Shown here: positions 46,816 through 56,046 of the stretch, in pieces | Position numbering within the stretch: the stretch's first letter is position 1 | Layout of the letters: every line of letters starts with the position of its first letter | IMG/VR virus record: IMGVR_UViG_3300020446_001812 | Location: 32,001-96,000 of that record | Strand: one strand, 5' to 3' | Origin: a virus | Length of the DNA: 64,000 bases | Notes under the pieces: model-generated | What the model was told of the DNA's origin: nothing | The model's input: only the letters and a program-made list of their open reading frames with translations | The model's database searches: none | Made by a program: the position numbers and the translations under genes

Positions 46816-47907
46816 TTACACCTGTTGTGCGGCTGTGATATACTTGCCAAATCTATCATGAAATTCATCAAAACATGCAACTTCATCTGGATCAATTGGC
46901 AACGAATATTGTGTAAGAGCAAGTTTTATACCCATTACAACCAATTCTGTATCGAAGTTATCCATTGCAAATCTTAAGAAATTGTTAACCTTGTCATCAA
47001 ATTTCTTATCATTTTTATTAGATGCTTCTTTCAGTTCGTAGCAGAGTGAGACTGTTAAGGAATACATGGCACTGATTTCTTTAGCCTTCATCTCTTTTAC
47101 TTTGCCGTCCAAAATATGTGTTGGGTTAGGCATTGTTGCCGCAACCTTACGGTGTGCCATAAATTTTACTGCTAGGCCTTCGCCAACAGCACCACTTACC
47201 AAATCGGTAGTAGTTTGTTCGTCATCGTCATCTTCAAGTAATTCTGAAACAAACGACCAGGAACGAGGTGTAGCAAAAGAACGACTAGGACTTTTTGGGT
47301 CAAAGTCATATAAGTCTTTCTTTGCAAAAGTCAAATAACCAACAACATCTGAATGTATGTTGTTCTGTGGTGCAACAGCCCATGCAAACCAATCATCAAA
47401 ATCAACACGTAACTCTAAGTGTACAAATCTATTTGCTAACGGAGCAGGCATTCTATAAGTAACACCTTTGTCAGCTTCTCGGTTACCAGCCGCTACAATA
47501 AGTACGTTATCTGGTAAATTATATTGTCCAACTTTTCTATTTAGGATTAATTGATACGCTGCCGCTTGTACTGCCGGTGCCGCAGAGTTCATTTCATCTA
47601 AGAACAAAATAATATTTTTATATTTTTTTGCTAATTCTGCTGTTGGTAGTTCTTGTGGAGGTGCCCACATCATGCAGTTATCATTTGCCGCATAATATGG
47701 AATACCTTTAATATCTGTAGGTTCCCAAAGTGATAATCTTATATCAATTACAAGTGATTCCATTGAATCACCAATCTGGTGAATAATATCAGATTTACCA
47801 ATACCTGGAGGACCCCATAAAAATATAGGACGTTTTTTCTTAAATGCCCTAATAATACTTTTCTTTGCTCCATTAGGAGTAACAGTTCTAAGTGCCGTAG
47901 ATTCCAT
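46816..47907 (-). CDS. MoxR-family AAA+ ATPase
   Basis: Walker A GPPGIGKS, Walker B LFLDE, AAGN, PLANRF; GAGG RBS before MEST. Confidence 0.9.
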   Translation of the reverse strand: MESTALRTVTPNGAKKSIIRAFKKKRPIFLWGPPGIGKSDIIHQIGDSMESLVIDIRLSLWEPTDIKGIPYYAANDNCMMWAPPQELPTAELAKKYKNIILFLDEMNSAAPAVQAAAYQLILNRKVGQYNLPDNVLIVAAGNREADKGVTYRMPAPLANRFVHLELRVDFDDWFAWAVAPQNNIHSDVVGYLTFAKKDLYDFDPKSPSRSFATPRSWSFVSELLEDDDDEQTTTDLVSGAVGEGLAVKFMAHRKVAATMPNPTHILDGKVKEMKAKEISAMYSLTVSLCYELKEASNKNDKKFDDKVNNFLRFAMDNFDTELVVMGIKLALTQYSLPIDPDEVACFDEFHDRFGKYITAAQQV

Positions 47908-47963
47908 TGTGTATTCCTCTTCTTTGTTTAACAGTGCCATATCTTATTTCTAAGTATGTATAT

Positions 47964-47992
47964 AATATAACACCGTTTGAAGTAAAGGTCAA
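47964..47992 (-). promoter_or_regulatory. sigma70-like promoter TTGACC-17-TATATT
   Basis: Intergenic with 17-nt spacer. Confidence 0.6.
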
Positions 47993-47993
47993 C

Positions 47994-48386
47994 CTATTTT
48001 GGTACTTTTTTTTGTCTTGTGAGTGCTTTTTGGAGACCGTATTTGCGTACATCTCCGCTAAAAAGACTTAATTCCATAGCCTTTTTTTCGTTGGTGACTA
48101 TTATACCTTTTCTATCAAGGTAATATGGACAATCTATAAAATTATCCATCCATATTAGAGTATTTGTAGTCAATTCAAAATTTGCAGGATAAGGTATTTG
48201 ATATGTTTGTAGATCTAAAGTTTCTTTAATAAAGTCGTATCCTACATCTGTAAGTCTTAATCCACCACTATCTTTTGATCTTGTATTTTGCCACCACAAA
48301 GGTAAGTATTCTTTTACAGATAATTCACTTACACTTTTACCGGATTGTTTTAAAAATACCTTGGTGTATGTTTCTTTCCAGTTCAT
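47994..48386 (-). CDS. Hypothetical protein
   Basis: 130-aa coupled ORF (WWQN...GGLRLT). Confidence 0.7.
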   Translation of the reverse strand: MNWKETYTKVFLKQSGKSVSELSVKEYLPLWWQNTRSKDSGGLRLTDVGYDFIKETLDLQTYQIPYPANFELTTNTLIWMDNFIDCPYYLDRKGIIVTNEKKAMELSLFSGDVRKYGLQKALTRQKKVPK

Positions 48387-48673
48387 TCTTCCGTCACAGT
48401 TTCACCGCTTGTTAATTTTACAACTGTAAATTTATCAGAATTAAAAAGATTATTTAATTTACTTGCTAAATTATGGGCATGTCCAGGATTAGAAAAACTG
48501 GTTTTTTTATATTTGGGTCCTGGATAACTAGTAAGAACATTTGAGCTTTTCAAGTTAAATGGAGCATTATCATAAAATACTGCCCATATTGCTTCTGCTT
48601 GTAAAACTTGTTCTGCTTTATATGTTTTTTTATCAATATATTCAACAAGCACTGTTGGCTTCGGTCTACTCAT
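48383..48673 (-). CDS. Hypothetical protein
   Basis: 96 aa, AGGA RBS, GATAAATA at 48700-48707 upstream. Confidence 0.7.
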   Translation of the reverse strand: MSRPKPTVLVEYIDKKTYKAEQVLQAEAIWAVFYDNAPFNLKSSNVLTSYPGPKYKKTSFSNPGHAHNLASKLNNLFNSDKFTVVKLTSGETVTEE

Positions 48674-48712
48674 ATGCGTTCCTTTATTAAGTACGCATAT
48701 ATTTATCTCTTT

Positions 48713-48952
48713 TTACCAGCCTGTGCCGCCATCCATGTTAATACTTACAACTTCTTCATTAGTCTTTTTAGCAATTAACGTTTCTAAATCACCATTTAAT
48801 CTAGTCATAACAATGCCTAGTGTAAATGCAAGATTTTTAGCTTGTTGTATATTTAATTTTATTTCTTTTTCTTGTCCTGCATCTGCACTTTTAACTTGAG
48901 CAATAAATTGTTGTATTGGAGATGTGTTTAATGGACTATTTTGCGTTGACAC
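48713..48952 (-). CDS. Hypothetical protein
   Basis: 79-aa coupled ORF. Confidence 0.6.
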   Translation of the reverse strand: MSTQNSPLNTSPIQQFIAQVKSADAGQEKEIKLNIQQAKNLAFTLGIVMTRLNGDLETLIAKKTNEEVVSINMDGGTGW

Positions 48953-49400
48953 GTGATAACTCCGTTCTCATTTCCAACTCAGTCTTAAATGGACCTTCAT
49001 AATTATATCTTTCAATTGTAATTAATTTAGGACAAAAACTTTTTACCCAACCTTTTTCAAATTGTATACAATAATAGCCTGCACAATATAAACTTTTAGA
49101 CTTTTTGCTTTTTGTAAACAACGGCAATTTTCTTTTTACATCAAACATACTATTATAAGGATGTGTGCTTGTTGGAAATGTGTTTACTTCTTTAGTAGGT
49201 TTAGATTCTTTAATTTCTAATTGTTGCCAGCTTACACTTGTCTGTAGTGTTTTTTCTAAATCATTTGTATCGTTAAAAAATCTACTGCCAGATGCATCAC
49301 TCAACATATATTGTTCGTCATTAAAACTTATTGTTCCAATATTTTGACCTTTATCTTGAACAATCCAGAATTTATTTTTTACTATTTCTTTTGCATTCAT
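48936..49400 (-). CDS. Hypothetical protein
   Basis: 154-aa coupled ORF. Confidence 0.65.
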   Translation of the reverse strand: MNAKEIVKNKFWIVQDKGQNIGTISFNDEQYMLSDASGSRFFNDTNDLEKTLQTSVSWQQLEIKESKPTKEVNTFPTSTHPYNSMFDVKRKLPLFTKSKKSKSLYCAGYYCIQFEKGWVKSFCPKLITIERYNYEGPFKTELEMRTELSRVNAK

Positions 49401-50386
49401 ATAGGATACCTCGCTTGTAATGGTTCTGAATACTGACCTGCGTTATCTGCGATGCGTTGCATATCCCATTTAGCACAGAATTTCATAAGACGCATGCCAA
49501 CTTGACTAATATCTTTTGGTGTCATATGTTCTTCAACAACATCATTTATAATACTTCTGATATTACCTGGCTGTGCAGTCAAGTCACATAGTATTACATT
49601 TCTATTATAATCATCTAGTACACGATGTTCGTCACCGTTATGATCTACCCAACGTTGAAGCATTAAATTATTCCAGTTGTAACCTTTTGTGTCCTTATCT
49701 GCGTATGCTTCAATAAGTCCTACTTTGTTACGAGTCCCTTTCTTACGTACACCAGGATAAGCACTGAATACATTATCGCTAGTATCACCACGCATGCACT
49801 TCTCAAACAACATAAAAGCAGGATCAGGTGCAAGCCTAGGCTCGCCAGTTTTCTTATCTATTACAGGCTGTTTCTTCTTGTCATCAAAATAACCTTCATG
49901 TGTAATAATTGTATTGCTAACACCATTGTACTGTTTTACGTTAGGTGCAATAAGTTGTGCAAAGTCGCCATCAGTAGAAATAATCACATGATTATCATTA
50001 GGATGTGCTTGTATCCAACCTGCAATAAGATCATCTGCTTCTAGCTGTGGATGATGCATCATTGTACAATTTGTTTTTGTACCTACAAACTCTTTGAACT
50101 CGTCAAATATTTCCCAAAATACTTTATCTTCATCTGCTTGTGCAGGAGTCATTGCATCACGTGTTTCTTGTCTATTGCGTTTGTAGGGCTCATAAAAATC
50201 TTTACGCCAACTGCGTCCTTCTAGGCAAAATACAACATGATCTGCGTCAAAGTCATTCCACGCTTTCTTAACACTGTTCAAAGTAATATGTAGTGCCATT
50301 CCTACTTTTGTATCTAGGTCACCACGTACAACGTGTCTTGCACGGAAAAAAGTATTTGCTGTGTCTACTAATATGTATGTATTCAT
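49397..50386 (-). CDS. rnh: T4 RNase H-like 5'-3' exonuclease (FEN family)
   Basis: ILVD..N, SWRK....YK.NR, EADDLIA, STDGDF.QL, GDTSDN. Confidence 0.85.
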   Translation of the reverse strand: MNTYILVDTANTFFRARHVVRGDLDTKVGMALHITLNSVKKAWNDFDADHVVFCLEGRSWRKDFYEPYKRNRQETRDAMTPAQADEDKVFWEIFDEFKEFVGTKTNCTMMHHPQLEADDLIAGWIQAHPNDNHVIISTDGDFAQLIAPNVKQYNGVSNTIITHEGYFDDKKKQPVIDKKTGEPRLAPDPAFMLFEKCMRGDTSDNVFSAYPGVRKKGTRNKVGLIEAYADKDTKGYNWNNLMLQRWVDHNGDEHRVLDDYNRNVILCDLTAQPGNIRSIINDVVEEHMTPKDISQVGMRLMKFCAKWDMQRIADNAGQYSEPLQARYPI

Positions 50387-50775
50387 GATACTGAACTCTT
50401 GCCTTTGTCTATTGGTATAACATTAATATAACCCATTTCACGTGCTGTGTCAAGTCCTTGTTCGCCCAAAACCTGCATTGCTATTGTTTTGAACCATGCA
50501 TCAACAATATCTTCTTGCTTTTCACCTGTATAACCTGCATCAATTAGTTCTTCTATAAATTCATTGTTCCAATCTAATTCAAAAAATCCGTTCTTAATAT
50601 CATCTGGATTAATTTGTGTATCTAAGACTGCAACCCAAGGTTCGCCTTTACTAGTTGCTTCAGCTTTTTCTTTGGCAAGGATATCTCTACGTTGTTCTTC
50701 TGTAGTTTTTTTTGGTTGCATAATCTTAGGTTGTATACCTATTGCTTTTTTTAATTTATTCCAATCCATTACCAA
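50383..50775 (-). CDS. Hypothetical protein
   Basis: 130-aa ORF (GEPWV...GFFELDWN). Confidence 0.65.
   Translation of the reverse strand: MVMDWNKLKKAIGIQPKIMQPKKTTEEQRRDILAKEKAEATSKGEPWVAVLDTQINPDDIKNGFFELDWNNEFIEELIDAGYTGEKQEDIVDAWFKTIAMQVLGEQGLDTAREMGYINVIPIDKGKSSVS
50425..50453 (-). promoter_or_regulatory. sigma70-like promoter TTGACA-17-TATATT upstream of rnh
   Basis: Lies in the 3' end of the upstream gene; 17-nt spacer. Confidence 0.55.
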
Positions 50776-50862
50776 CCTGCCTTTCTTATTGCATCGGAAG
50801 GATCTTTTATTTCTGCCTTCATTGCTTTCTCATGTTGTTTGTTTTTGTATTCATTGTCATAT

Positions 50863-51792
50863 CTAGGTTCCCCAGGCATTCCCGAATAAGCTGATGTGGA
50901 GTCTTGGTGTGAATCGCCAACCTCGCTCCATACATGCTTCTGCAACGTCTTTAACATTGAGATTATACTCTTCCGAACGTCCGCCAAGCGGCATAAGATA
51001 TACCGGACATTGTACCCCGGCACCTCTATACGCCTCCACAGCTCTTGTAACTTCGTCAAAGTCATCTTGAGTAGCGACAACAAACTTAAGATAGATGTCA
51101 CTACCAGCAACACGACTATACTGCAAAGCAACATCAGGCTTAATAGCAGTATCCCAAGGTTCTCCGCTAACTGCAAGTTTCGGGGAACAACTCCAAGTGA
51201 CTTCAAACCGACTTTGATCTGTGAGATACTCAAAGAACTCTGGGTGTAGAGTTTGTGTAGTATTTGTTTCAAATGTAACATTTTTTAGATCTCGCATACG
51301 TGGATGTTCGAACAAGTCAATATACAGCCTCTGCCACGCTAACAAAGGCTCTCCACCTGTCATTATCAAATGTATGTCTTGTCCATTGTCTTGTGTCCAC
51401 TTACTATTAGGCGTAAGCGATAACAAATGTTCAACCACTTCATCTACTGTCCTTAGCATATTGAAATGTTTGAATTCTGGGTATATACTTGCATAAGTAT
51501 CACAACCTGTATGTACAATAGGTAAGTCGTTAAACTCTTTTGTAGTTTGATGTACACCTTTATCAAGAAGATCCTTTACTTCATCATTATATCTTTTGCC
51601 TTCTTTGTGCAAAGTCCAACGATCTTTTTTCTCACCTGTACCAAAGTTCATACAACGAAAGTTACAACCAAAAGTACGTAGAAATACACTAGGTACTCCT
51701 ACAAATTTACCTTCACCTTGTACACTATAAAATGCTTCAGAATATCTTAATTGTTTAACCTTTTGTTTAGGTCGTTCTAGAACGTCAATCAT
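50863..51792 (-). CDS. queE: 7-carboxy-7-deazaguanine synthase (radical SAM)
   Basis: EAFYSVQGEG...G.PSVFLRTFGCNFRC...GCDT, TGGEPL, FETN, SPKL, YLMP, PRLH. Confidence 0.85.
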   Translation of the reverse strand: MIDVLERPKQKVKQLRYSEAFYSVQGEGKFVGVPSVFLRTFGCNFRCMNFGTGEKKDRWTLHKEGKRYNDEVKDLLDKGVHQTTKEFNDLPIVHTGCDTYASIYPEFKHFNMLRTVDEVVEHLLSLTPNSKWTQDNGQDIHLIMTGGEPLLAWQRLYIDLFEHPRMRDLKNVTFETNTTQTLHPEFFEYLTDQSRFEVTWSCSPKLAVSGEPWDTAIKPDVALQYSRVAGSDIYLKFVVATQDDFDEVTRAVEAYRGAGVQCPVYLMPLGGRSEEYNLNVKDVAEACMERGWRFTPRLHISLFGNAWGT

Positions 51793-51793
51793 T

Positions 51794-52483
51794 TTAGTTT
51801 CCGCAAGCAAATTCTTGTTGCAGTTTTACATTATCTATAAACTCTTTTTTAGTTGCAGGATCTTGTTTGAAAGCACCACGCAATACTGTAGTTTGTGTCA
51901 AACTGCTCTTGGCTCTAATACCTCTGTTTTCACAACAACCATGTGTCGCTTGTACATAAACACCTACATGTTCACTACCTGTCTGCTTTTGTATTTCATT
52001 AGCAATCATAACATTTAGTTCTTCTTGTAGTGTTCCTCGCATAGCACACCATTGTGCAATACGTGTATATTTACTCAAACCTAATAGCTTAGGACCAGCA
52101 ATAATACCAATGTATGCTACACCTTTTACAGTTTGATGATGATGTGAACATAAACTTGTAAGTTCACTTCGTACAACCAACATACCTTCGTAACCATTTT
52201 CAATATAGTTAGGAAATGCACTTGGATTAGGCATAGGATCATAACGACCAGACATAATCTCATTGATATACATCTTAGCCATACGTCTTGCAGTATCAAT
52301 ACTGTTAGGATCTGTTTTAGTATCGATTAACAACTTTTGCAATACGTTTTCAAAAGCAGGAATAGCTTCTTCAATAAGAGCTTCTTTATCACCCTTTTGA
52401 AGTACTTCGCTAATGTTATCATTAGCCCAGTACCTTATACCTGCTTCTTCTAGTTTTTGTTTTATTTCATTTACTTTGCTCAA
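51794..52483 (-). CDS. folE: GTP cyclohydrolase I
   Basis: TARRMAKMY, SLCSHH, GLSKY.RI, LQEEL, H.C...RG. Confidence 0.95.
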   Translation of the reverse strand: MSKVNEIKQKLEEAGIRYWANDNISEVLQKGDKEALIEEAIPAFENVLQKLLIDTKTDPNSIDTARRMAKMYINEIMSGRYDPMPNPSAFPNYIENGYEGMLVVRSELTSLCSHHHQTVKGVAYIGIIAGPKLLGLSKYTRIAQWCAMRGTLQEELNVMIANEIQKQTGSEHVGVYVQATHGCCENRGIRAKSSLTQTTVLRGAFKQDPATKKEFIDNVKLQQEFACGN

Positions 52484-52528
52484 TTCAATTCTCCGAGTTA
52501 TAGACGAGGATGTCTCATCATTGTGTTA

Positions 52529-52557
52529 ATTATATGATATATTTAGGTTTTTGTCAA
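52529..52557 (-). promoter_or_regulatory. Perfect sigma70 consensus promoter TTGACA-17-TATAAT upstream of folE-queE
   Basis: tgtcaa at 52552-52557 and attata at 52529-52534. Confidence 0.85.
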
Positions 52558-52787
52558 CCATTAAGTACAGTTTTATCGTCACCAAAATACTTATCAAGCA
52601 TTTCTAAACGATCATGTGCAGATGCCAATTTGTCTAATTCTGCAATTACTGCTTCTGTAATATCAGAATGTTCACCTATACCTGCTGGCATAGTCCTATA
52701 TACTTCAATATTTGCTCTGTGTACTGAAATTTCACCTTCAGCTTGTTTCCGAGCCGCTTCTAATAAAAGATCTCCTGCTTTAGCCAT
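52554..52787 (-). CDS. Hypothetical protein
   Basis: 77 aa, GGAGG RBS (P.GIGEHSD motif). Confidence 0.7.
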   Translation of the reverse strand: MAKAGDLLLEAARKQAEGEISVHRANIEVYRTMPAGIGEHSDITEAVIAELDKLASAHDRLEMLDKYFGDDKTVLNG

Positions 52788-53184
52788 AATATTCCTCCTT
52801 GATGTACCTTTTCAATTCATGATCCCCAACATTATCAGGAACCCTTCTTTTATAAAATAGTTCATAACTATCAGAACCATATTTACCTATACCATATAGT
52901 TCAGTAGCGTCTTCACCATTCCAATCTTCAAACTGCTCACTCATTCGATATAATCTTTCTGCTCTTACTCGACGCATACCTAAAGGAGCAATAACTTCTT
53001 CTATTTCATTTTTTGTAGCATGTAATAGTGCTTTATGTGTAGGCCATTTGGCAAAAAACTTTGGTAATACTGCTTTTACTTGCTTTCTACCTGTAAGATT
53101 CAGACATATGACACCAACCATGTGTTGCCAAACATTTTCTACCTGTTGTTGTACCATTAAATCGTCACGCATATAAGCCAACAT
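52780..53184 (-). CDS. HhH-GPD DNA glycosylase (MBD4/endonuclease III-like)
   Basis: WQHMVGVICLNLT, PLG...RA, LYGIGKYGSDSY, D.EL..Y. Confidence 0.8.
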   Translation of the reverse strand: MLAYMRDDLMVQQQVENVWQHMVGVICLNLTGRKQVKAVLPKFFAKWPTHKALLHATKNEIEEVIAPLGMRRVRAERLYRMSEQFEDWNGEDATELYGIGKYGSDSYELFYKRRVPDNVGDHELKRYIKEEYYG

Positions 53185-53701
53185 TTTCCCATGGATAAAC
53201 TAACCAAATGTCTTCATCTTTTTTATTTACTTCATGTGTAGAATAGTTTACCATAAACTTAAAGTCACTTGCACCATTATCTGTCAATACTGCGAAACGA
53301 ACATTTTCACACCAAACATCACGCCAGCCTGTATCACCTGGCATACAACTTTTTTCCCAATCATCTACAATCCAGTTGAATGTTGCTCCTGTATCATTTA
53401 TATCATCTACAATTAAAATATTTTTTCCTTCGTTTTTCGTTTGTCCTTGTTGAAACATGCCAAAGGCATCTTCTGCCATCCAAGTGTTACTTTCTAGTTT
53501 ACTGTCATCTCTTAAACTTACCTTTATAGATTCACATGGTATTCCAGTCAAATTACTTATGATAGTAGCAGGAACATTACCTCCTCTAGTTATTCCTACA
53601 ATGTAATCAGGGCGCCAATTGTCTTTATACATTTGGTTGACTATGCTTATACACATTTTTTCAACATCATTCCAAGTATAAAAGTGTTTCTTAATTGTCA
53701 T
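53165..53701 (-). CDS. Purine phosphoribosyltransferase (Gpt-like)
   Basis: VGITRGG.VPA, ILIVDDINDTGAT (PRPP loop), WLVYPWE. Confidence 0.85.
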   Translation of the reverse strand: MTIKKHFYTWNDVEKMCISIVNQMYKDNWRPDYIVGITRGGNVPATIISNLTGIPCESIKVSLRDDSKLESNTWMAEDAFGMFQQGQTKNEGKNILIVDDINDTGATFNWIVDDWEKSCMPGDTGWRDVWCENVRFAVLTDNGASDFKFMVNYSTHEVNKKDEDIWLVYPWENVGLYA

Positions 53702-53921
53702 TTTTTTTATATTCCATTTCAGTTTTTATCTCATCGCCTTCTTTATCATAAGCAATTTCTAAAGCCATTGCTTGTATGCCATCTAATATATGATTACAGG
53801 TAATTTTATCATAACTTTTTCCTGAGAGTTCGCTATATTGATTCCTTATCCTGTGTAGTTCAACTGCTTTATCATGCATTGCATTTATTTTTTGTATTAA
53901 TTGTTCAATAGTGTGTTGCAT
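53691..53921 (-). CDS. Hypothetical protein
   Basis: 76-aa coupled ORF. Confidence 0.6.
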   Translation of the reverse strand: MQHTIEQLIQKINAMHDKAVELHRIRNQYSELSGKSYDKITCNHILDGIQAMALEIAYDKEGDEIKTEMEYKKNDN

Positions 53922-54241
53922 TAAAATGGAATCTCCTCATCTTTTTCGTGATTACCTATATAATCTTGATCTACCATTTTATAAATTGCATAAAAATTTT
54001 CCCATGCTTTTTTAAGTGCAGGATAATGTTCATTCATTTTTTCTATTCTAGTAATTTCAATACTCTTTTGAGTTAGATCAATATCATATTCAGGAACATT
54101 ATAAGTAAATTCACTTCCTGTATCATTAATACAATTAGATATATTATCTAAAGTTATTGTATGATTATTAGCCCATCCGCCTATATCTTCACTTAAATTA
54201 TTAATAGTAATTGTATAATCGTTATCATTCCCCATCTGCAA
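53921..54241 (-). CDS. Hypothetical protein
   Basis: 106-aa coupled ORF ending in acidic EEIPF. Confidence 0.6.
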   Translation of the reverse strand: MQMGNDNDYTITINNLSEDIGGWANNHTITLDNISNCINDTGSEFTYNVPEYDIDLTQKSIEITRIEKMNEHYPALKKAWENFYAIYKMVDQDYIGNHEKDEEIPF

Positions 54242-55274
54242 TCACCCTATAAAGTTTTTTACCACTGAAAAAGTGTTTGTTTAACTTACTTACTTGTTTA
54301 CTAATACTAGGCAAGAAGTCTTCATAATTTTCCATATATTCGATTATTTGTTTAACAACTTTATCTCTATGTAACAAGTATGAATCATAATCTTCTGTCC
54401 ATTCACTTTTATACTTGAATTCTGGCTGTGCCATTTCACTATAACTTAATCTATCAGGCACCATAGGAATAGCATCTACAAGTGCGCCTTCATACCAACT
54501 TATGCCTAATGTTTCTTGTAAATTAGCACTAAAAACAAGTTTTGCTTCTCCTAGTAAATTATGATATTCGTTTTTAGTAAGCTCTCTTTCTTGACATACT
54601 ACAAATTCATACTGTGGAAGTTGTTGCGATAAATCTTTAAATATTTCAACTTGTTTTTCTGGAGCAATACGATGTGGAAATAATATTACATTTTTCTTTT
54701 CCATACCTTTATATTGTGCAAGACTGTTATGTAAATATTCCATAGGCCATCCAACAATATGATTTTTATTTTCTGAAATTCTAAATGACTTAGAAAATAA
54801 TTCTAAATGGAATTTTGTTGCAAAAAAATTATCGTCATAACAATCATACATAGATTGTTCAGCATTTCTTACCCAATCAGCGTCCCCGATCAATCTTCCT
54901 AAGAAGTCTTGTGGATCATAGCTACCAGCATGCCAAAGACCTCCTAAAATTATATCTTTTTTAAGTAAACTTGCCATATACTTTAGTTGTATTACTGTTG
55001 GATTCCATGCATCTGTATACAAAAAGTAATCACCATCATTTATCTGACCTTTACAAAACATTGTAGCAATTTGTTGTAATTGATTTGATTTATATACATT
55101 TGTTCCACCAAAATTGAGAAATGCCCCAGGCGTAGTAGCCTGGGGTACTTCTCCTCCACTAATTACTTTTACTTCTTCATTTGTAGCACGTTGCATTTGA
55201 TTGGGTAGATACTCTTTCCATTGTTTTGTGTACCTAGTATCAACTGCTTCAATGTCTACAATGTAAATTGTCAT
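54225..55274 (-). CDS. GT-B fold glycosyltransferase (GT4-like)
   Basis: WHAGSYD, FPHRIAPEK, QETLGISWYEG (Ex7E), PDRLSY.E. Confidence 0.75.
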   Translation of the reverse strand: MTIYIVDIEAVDTRYTKQWKEYLPNQMQRATNEEVKVISGGEVPQATTPGAFLNFGGTNVYKSNQLQQIATMFCKGQINDGDYFLYTDAWNPTVIQLKYMASLLKKDIILGGLWHAGSYDPQDFLGRLIGDADWVRNAEQSMYDCYDDNFFATKFHLELFSKSFRISENKNHIVGWPMEYLHNSLAQYKGMEKKNVILFPHRIAPEKQVEIFKDLSQQLPQYEFVVCQERELTKNEYHNLLGEAKLVFSANLQETLGISWYEGALVDAIPMVPDRLSYSEMAQPEFKYKSEWTEDYDSYLLHRDKVVKQIIEYMENYEDFLPSISKQVSKLNKHFFSGKKLYRVIADGE

Positions 55275-55486
55275 CAGTTCCTCCGATTATTATACTTTCT
55301 TCCAGCATTGCGTGCCTTTGCTCGCAACCAGCCTTGATGCTTTTGATACGCCTGCCAAACAGACGATTCGCTTTTATACAAATTTGCTTCATTGAAGACT
55401 TTGCCTTCAAATCTACAGTAGTCCCTAAACTTTTCCAAGTCGTTGAAAACTTTGTTGTATGCTTCACGATTGAATTTAATATCCAT
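55274..55486 (-). CDS. Hypothetical protein
   Basis: 70 aa, AGGA RBS (FNDLEKFRDYCRFEG). Confidence 0.6.
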   Translation of the reverse strand: MDIKFNREAYNKVFNDLEKFRDYCRFEGKVFNEANLYKSESSVWQAYQKHQGWLRAKARNAGRKYNNRRN

Positions 55487-55506
55487 TTTTGTGTTTTTCC
55501 TTGCAT

Positions 55507-56019
55507 CTAAATTTTAGGATATGTGATTGAACAGCCGTTTTCGCCGTCTTCGGCAACATCAATAACAACAAACCGGCCTGGGTATCTGCTGTTAATTTGA
55601 TTATATAAATCATCTGCAATCATTTCACAGGATTTATAATCAAGCTCTATAATAGATTCATTATATAATGATTCTAACCAACGTTTAAATTGTATAAATT
55701 CAATATCGCGATCATTATGATGAACTTCTATTTGTACTTTGAAATGAAAAATATGCCTATGTGGATAACCTAAAAAACTTACATCATACTCATCACCTGT
55801 AGCAAGTTTTGGATCTTCTAGTGCGGCTGGGTATTTATGTATGCCTTCTTTTTTAAACGTAACCCATATACTTCTTTGAACTTTATTTTCCATATATATT
55901 TTCCTATCTGCTTCACGACTTTCTCTTAACATATAATCGTAATAGCCTTCTCTTTGGTTGACAGCATCAAAACTAGGATAACCTTTTTCAAATACTGGTT
56001 CTATATTACTTGCTTTCAT
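55507..56019 (-). CDS. T-fold QueD-paralog, DpdL-like (start codon uncertain)
   Basis: EGIH...LGYPHRHIF...DRDIEF...SCEMIA...VAEDGENG: T-fold metal site with LxxxHRHxF in place of the QueD CxxxHGH. Confidence 0.65.
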   Translation of the reverse strand: MKASNIEPVFEKGYPSFDAVNQREGYYDYMLRESREADRKIYMENKVQRSIWVTFKKEGIHKYPAALEDPKLATGDEYDVSFLGYPHRHIFHFKVQIEVHHNDRDIEFIQFKRWLESLYNESIIELDYKSCEMIADDLYNQINSRYPGRFVVIDVAEDGENGCSITYPKI

Positions 56020-56046
56020 TGTATACTCATTTGATTACTTTGTCAA
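56018..56046 (-). promoter_or_regulatory. sigma70-like promoter TTGACA-17-TACAAT
   Basis: The -10 box overlaps the ATG at 56017-56019. Confidence 0.5.

Noticed and set aside
50769-51281. 170-aa alternative-frame ORF overlapping queE
   Set aside because: Mostly inside queE with implausible composition. Only the last ~30 codons might be a real micro-ORF, which I cannot support.
55249-55506. 85-aa ORF overlapping 55274-55486
   Set aside because: The 70-aa frame has the RBS and couples cleanly with the glycosyltransferase start, so the 85-aa frame is the likely shadow.
55507-56019. Calling this gene canonical queD
   Set aside because: It lacks the catalytic CxxxHGH motif and has LxxxHRHxF instead.
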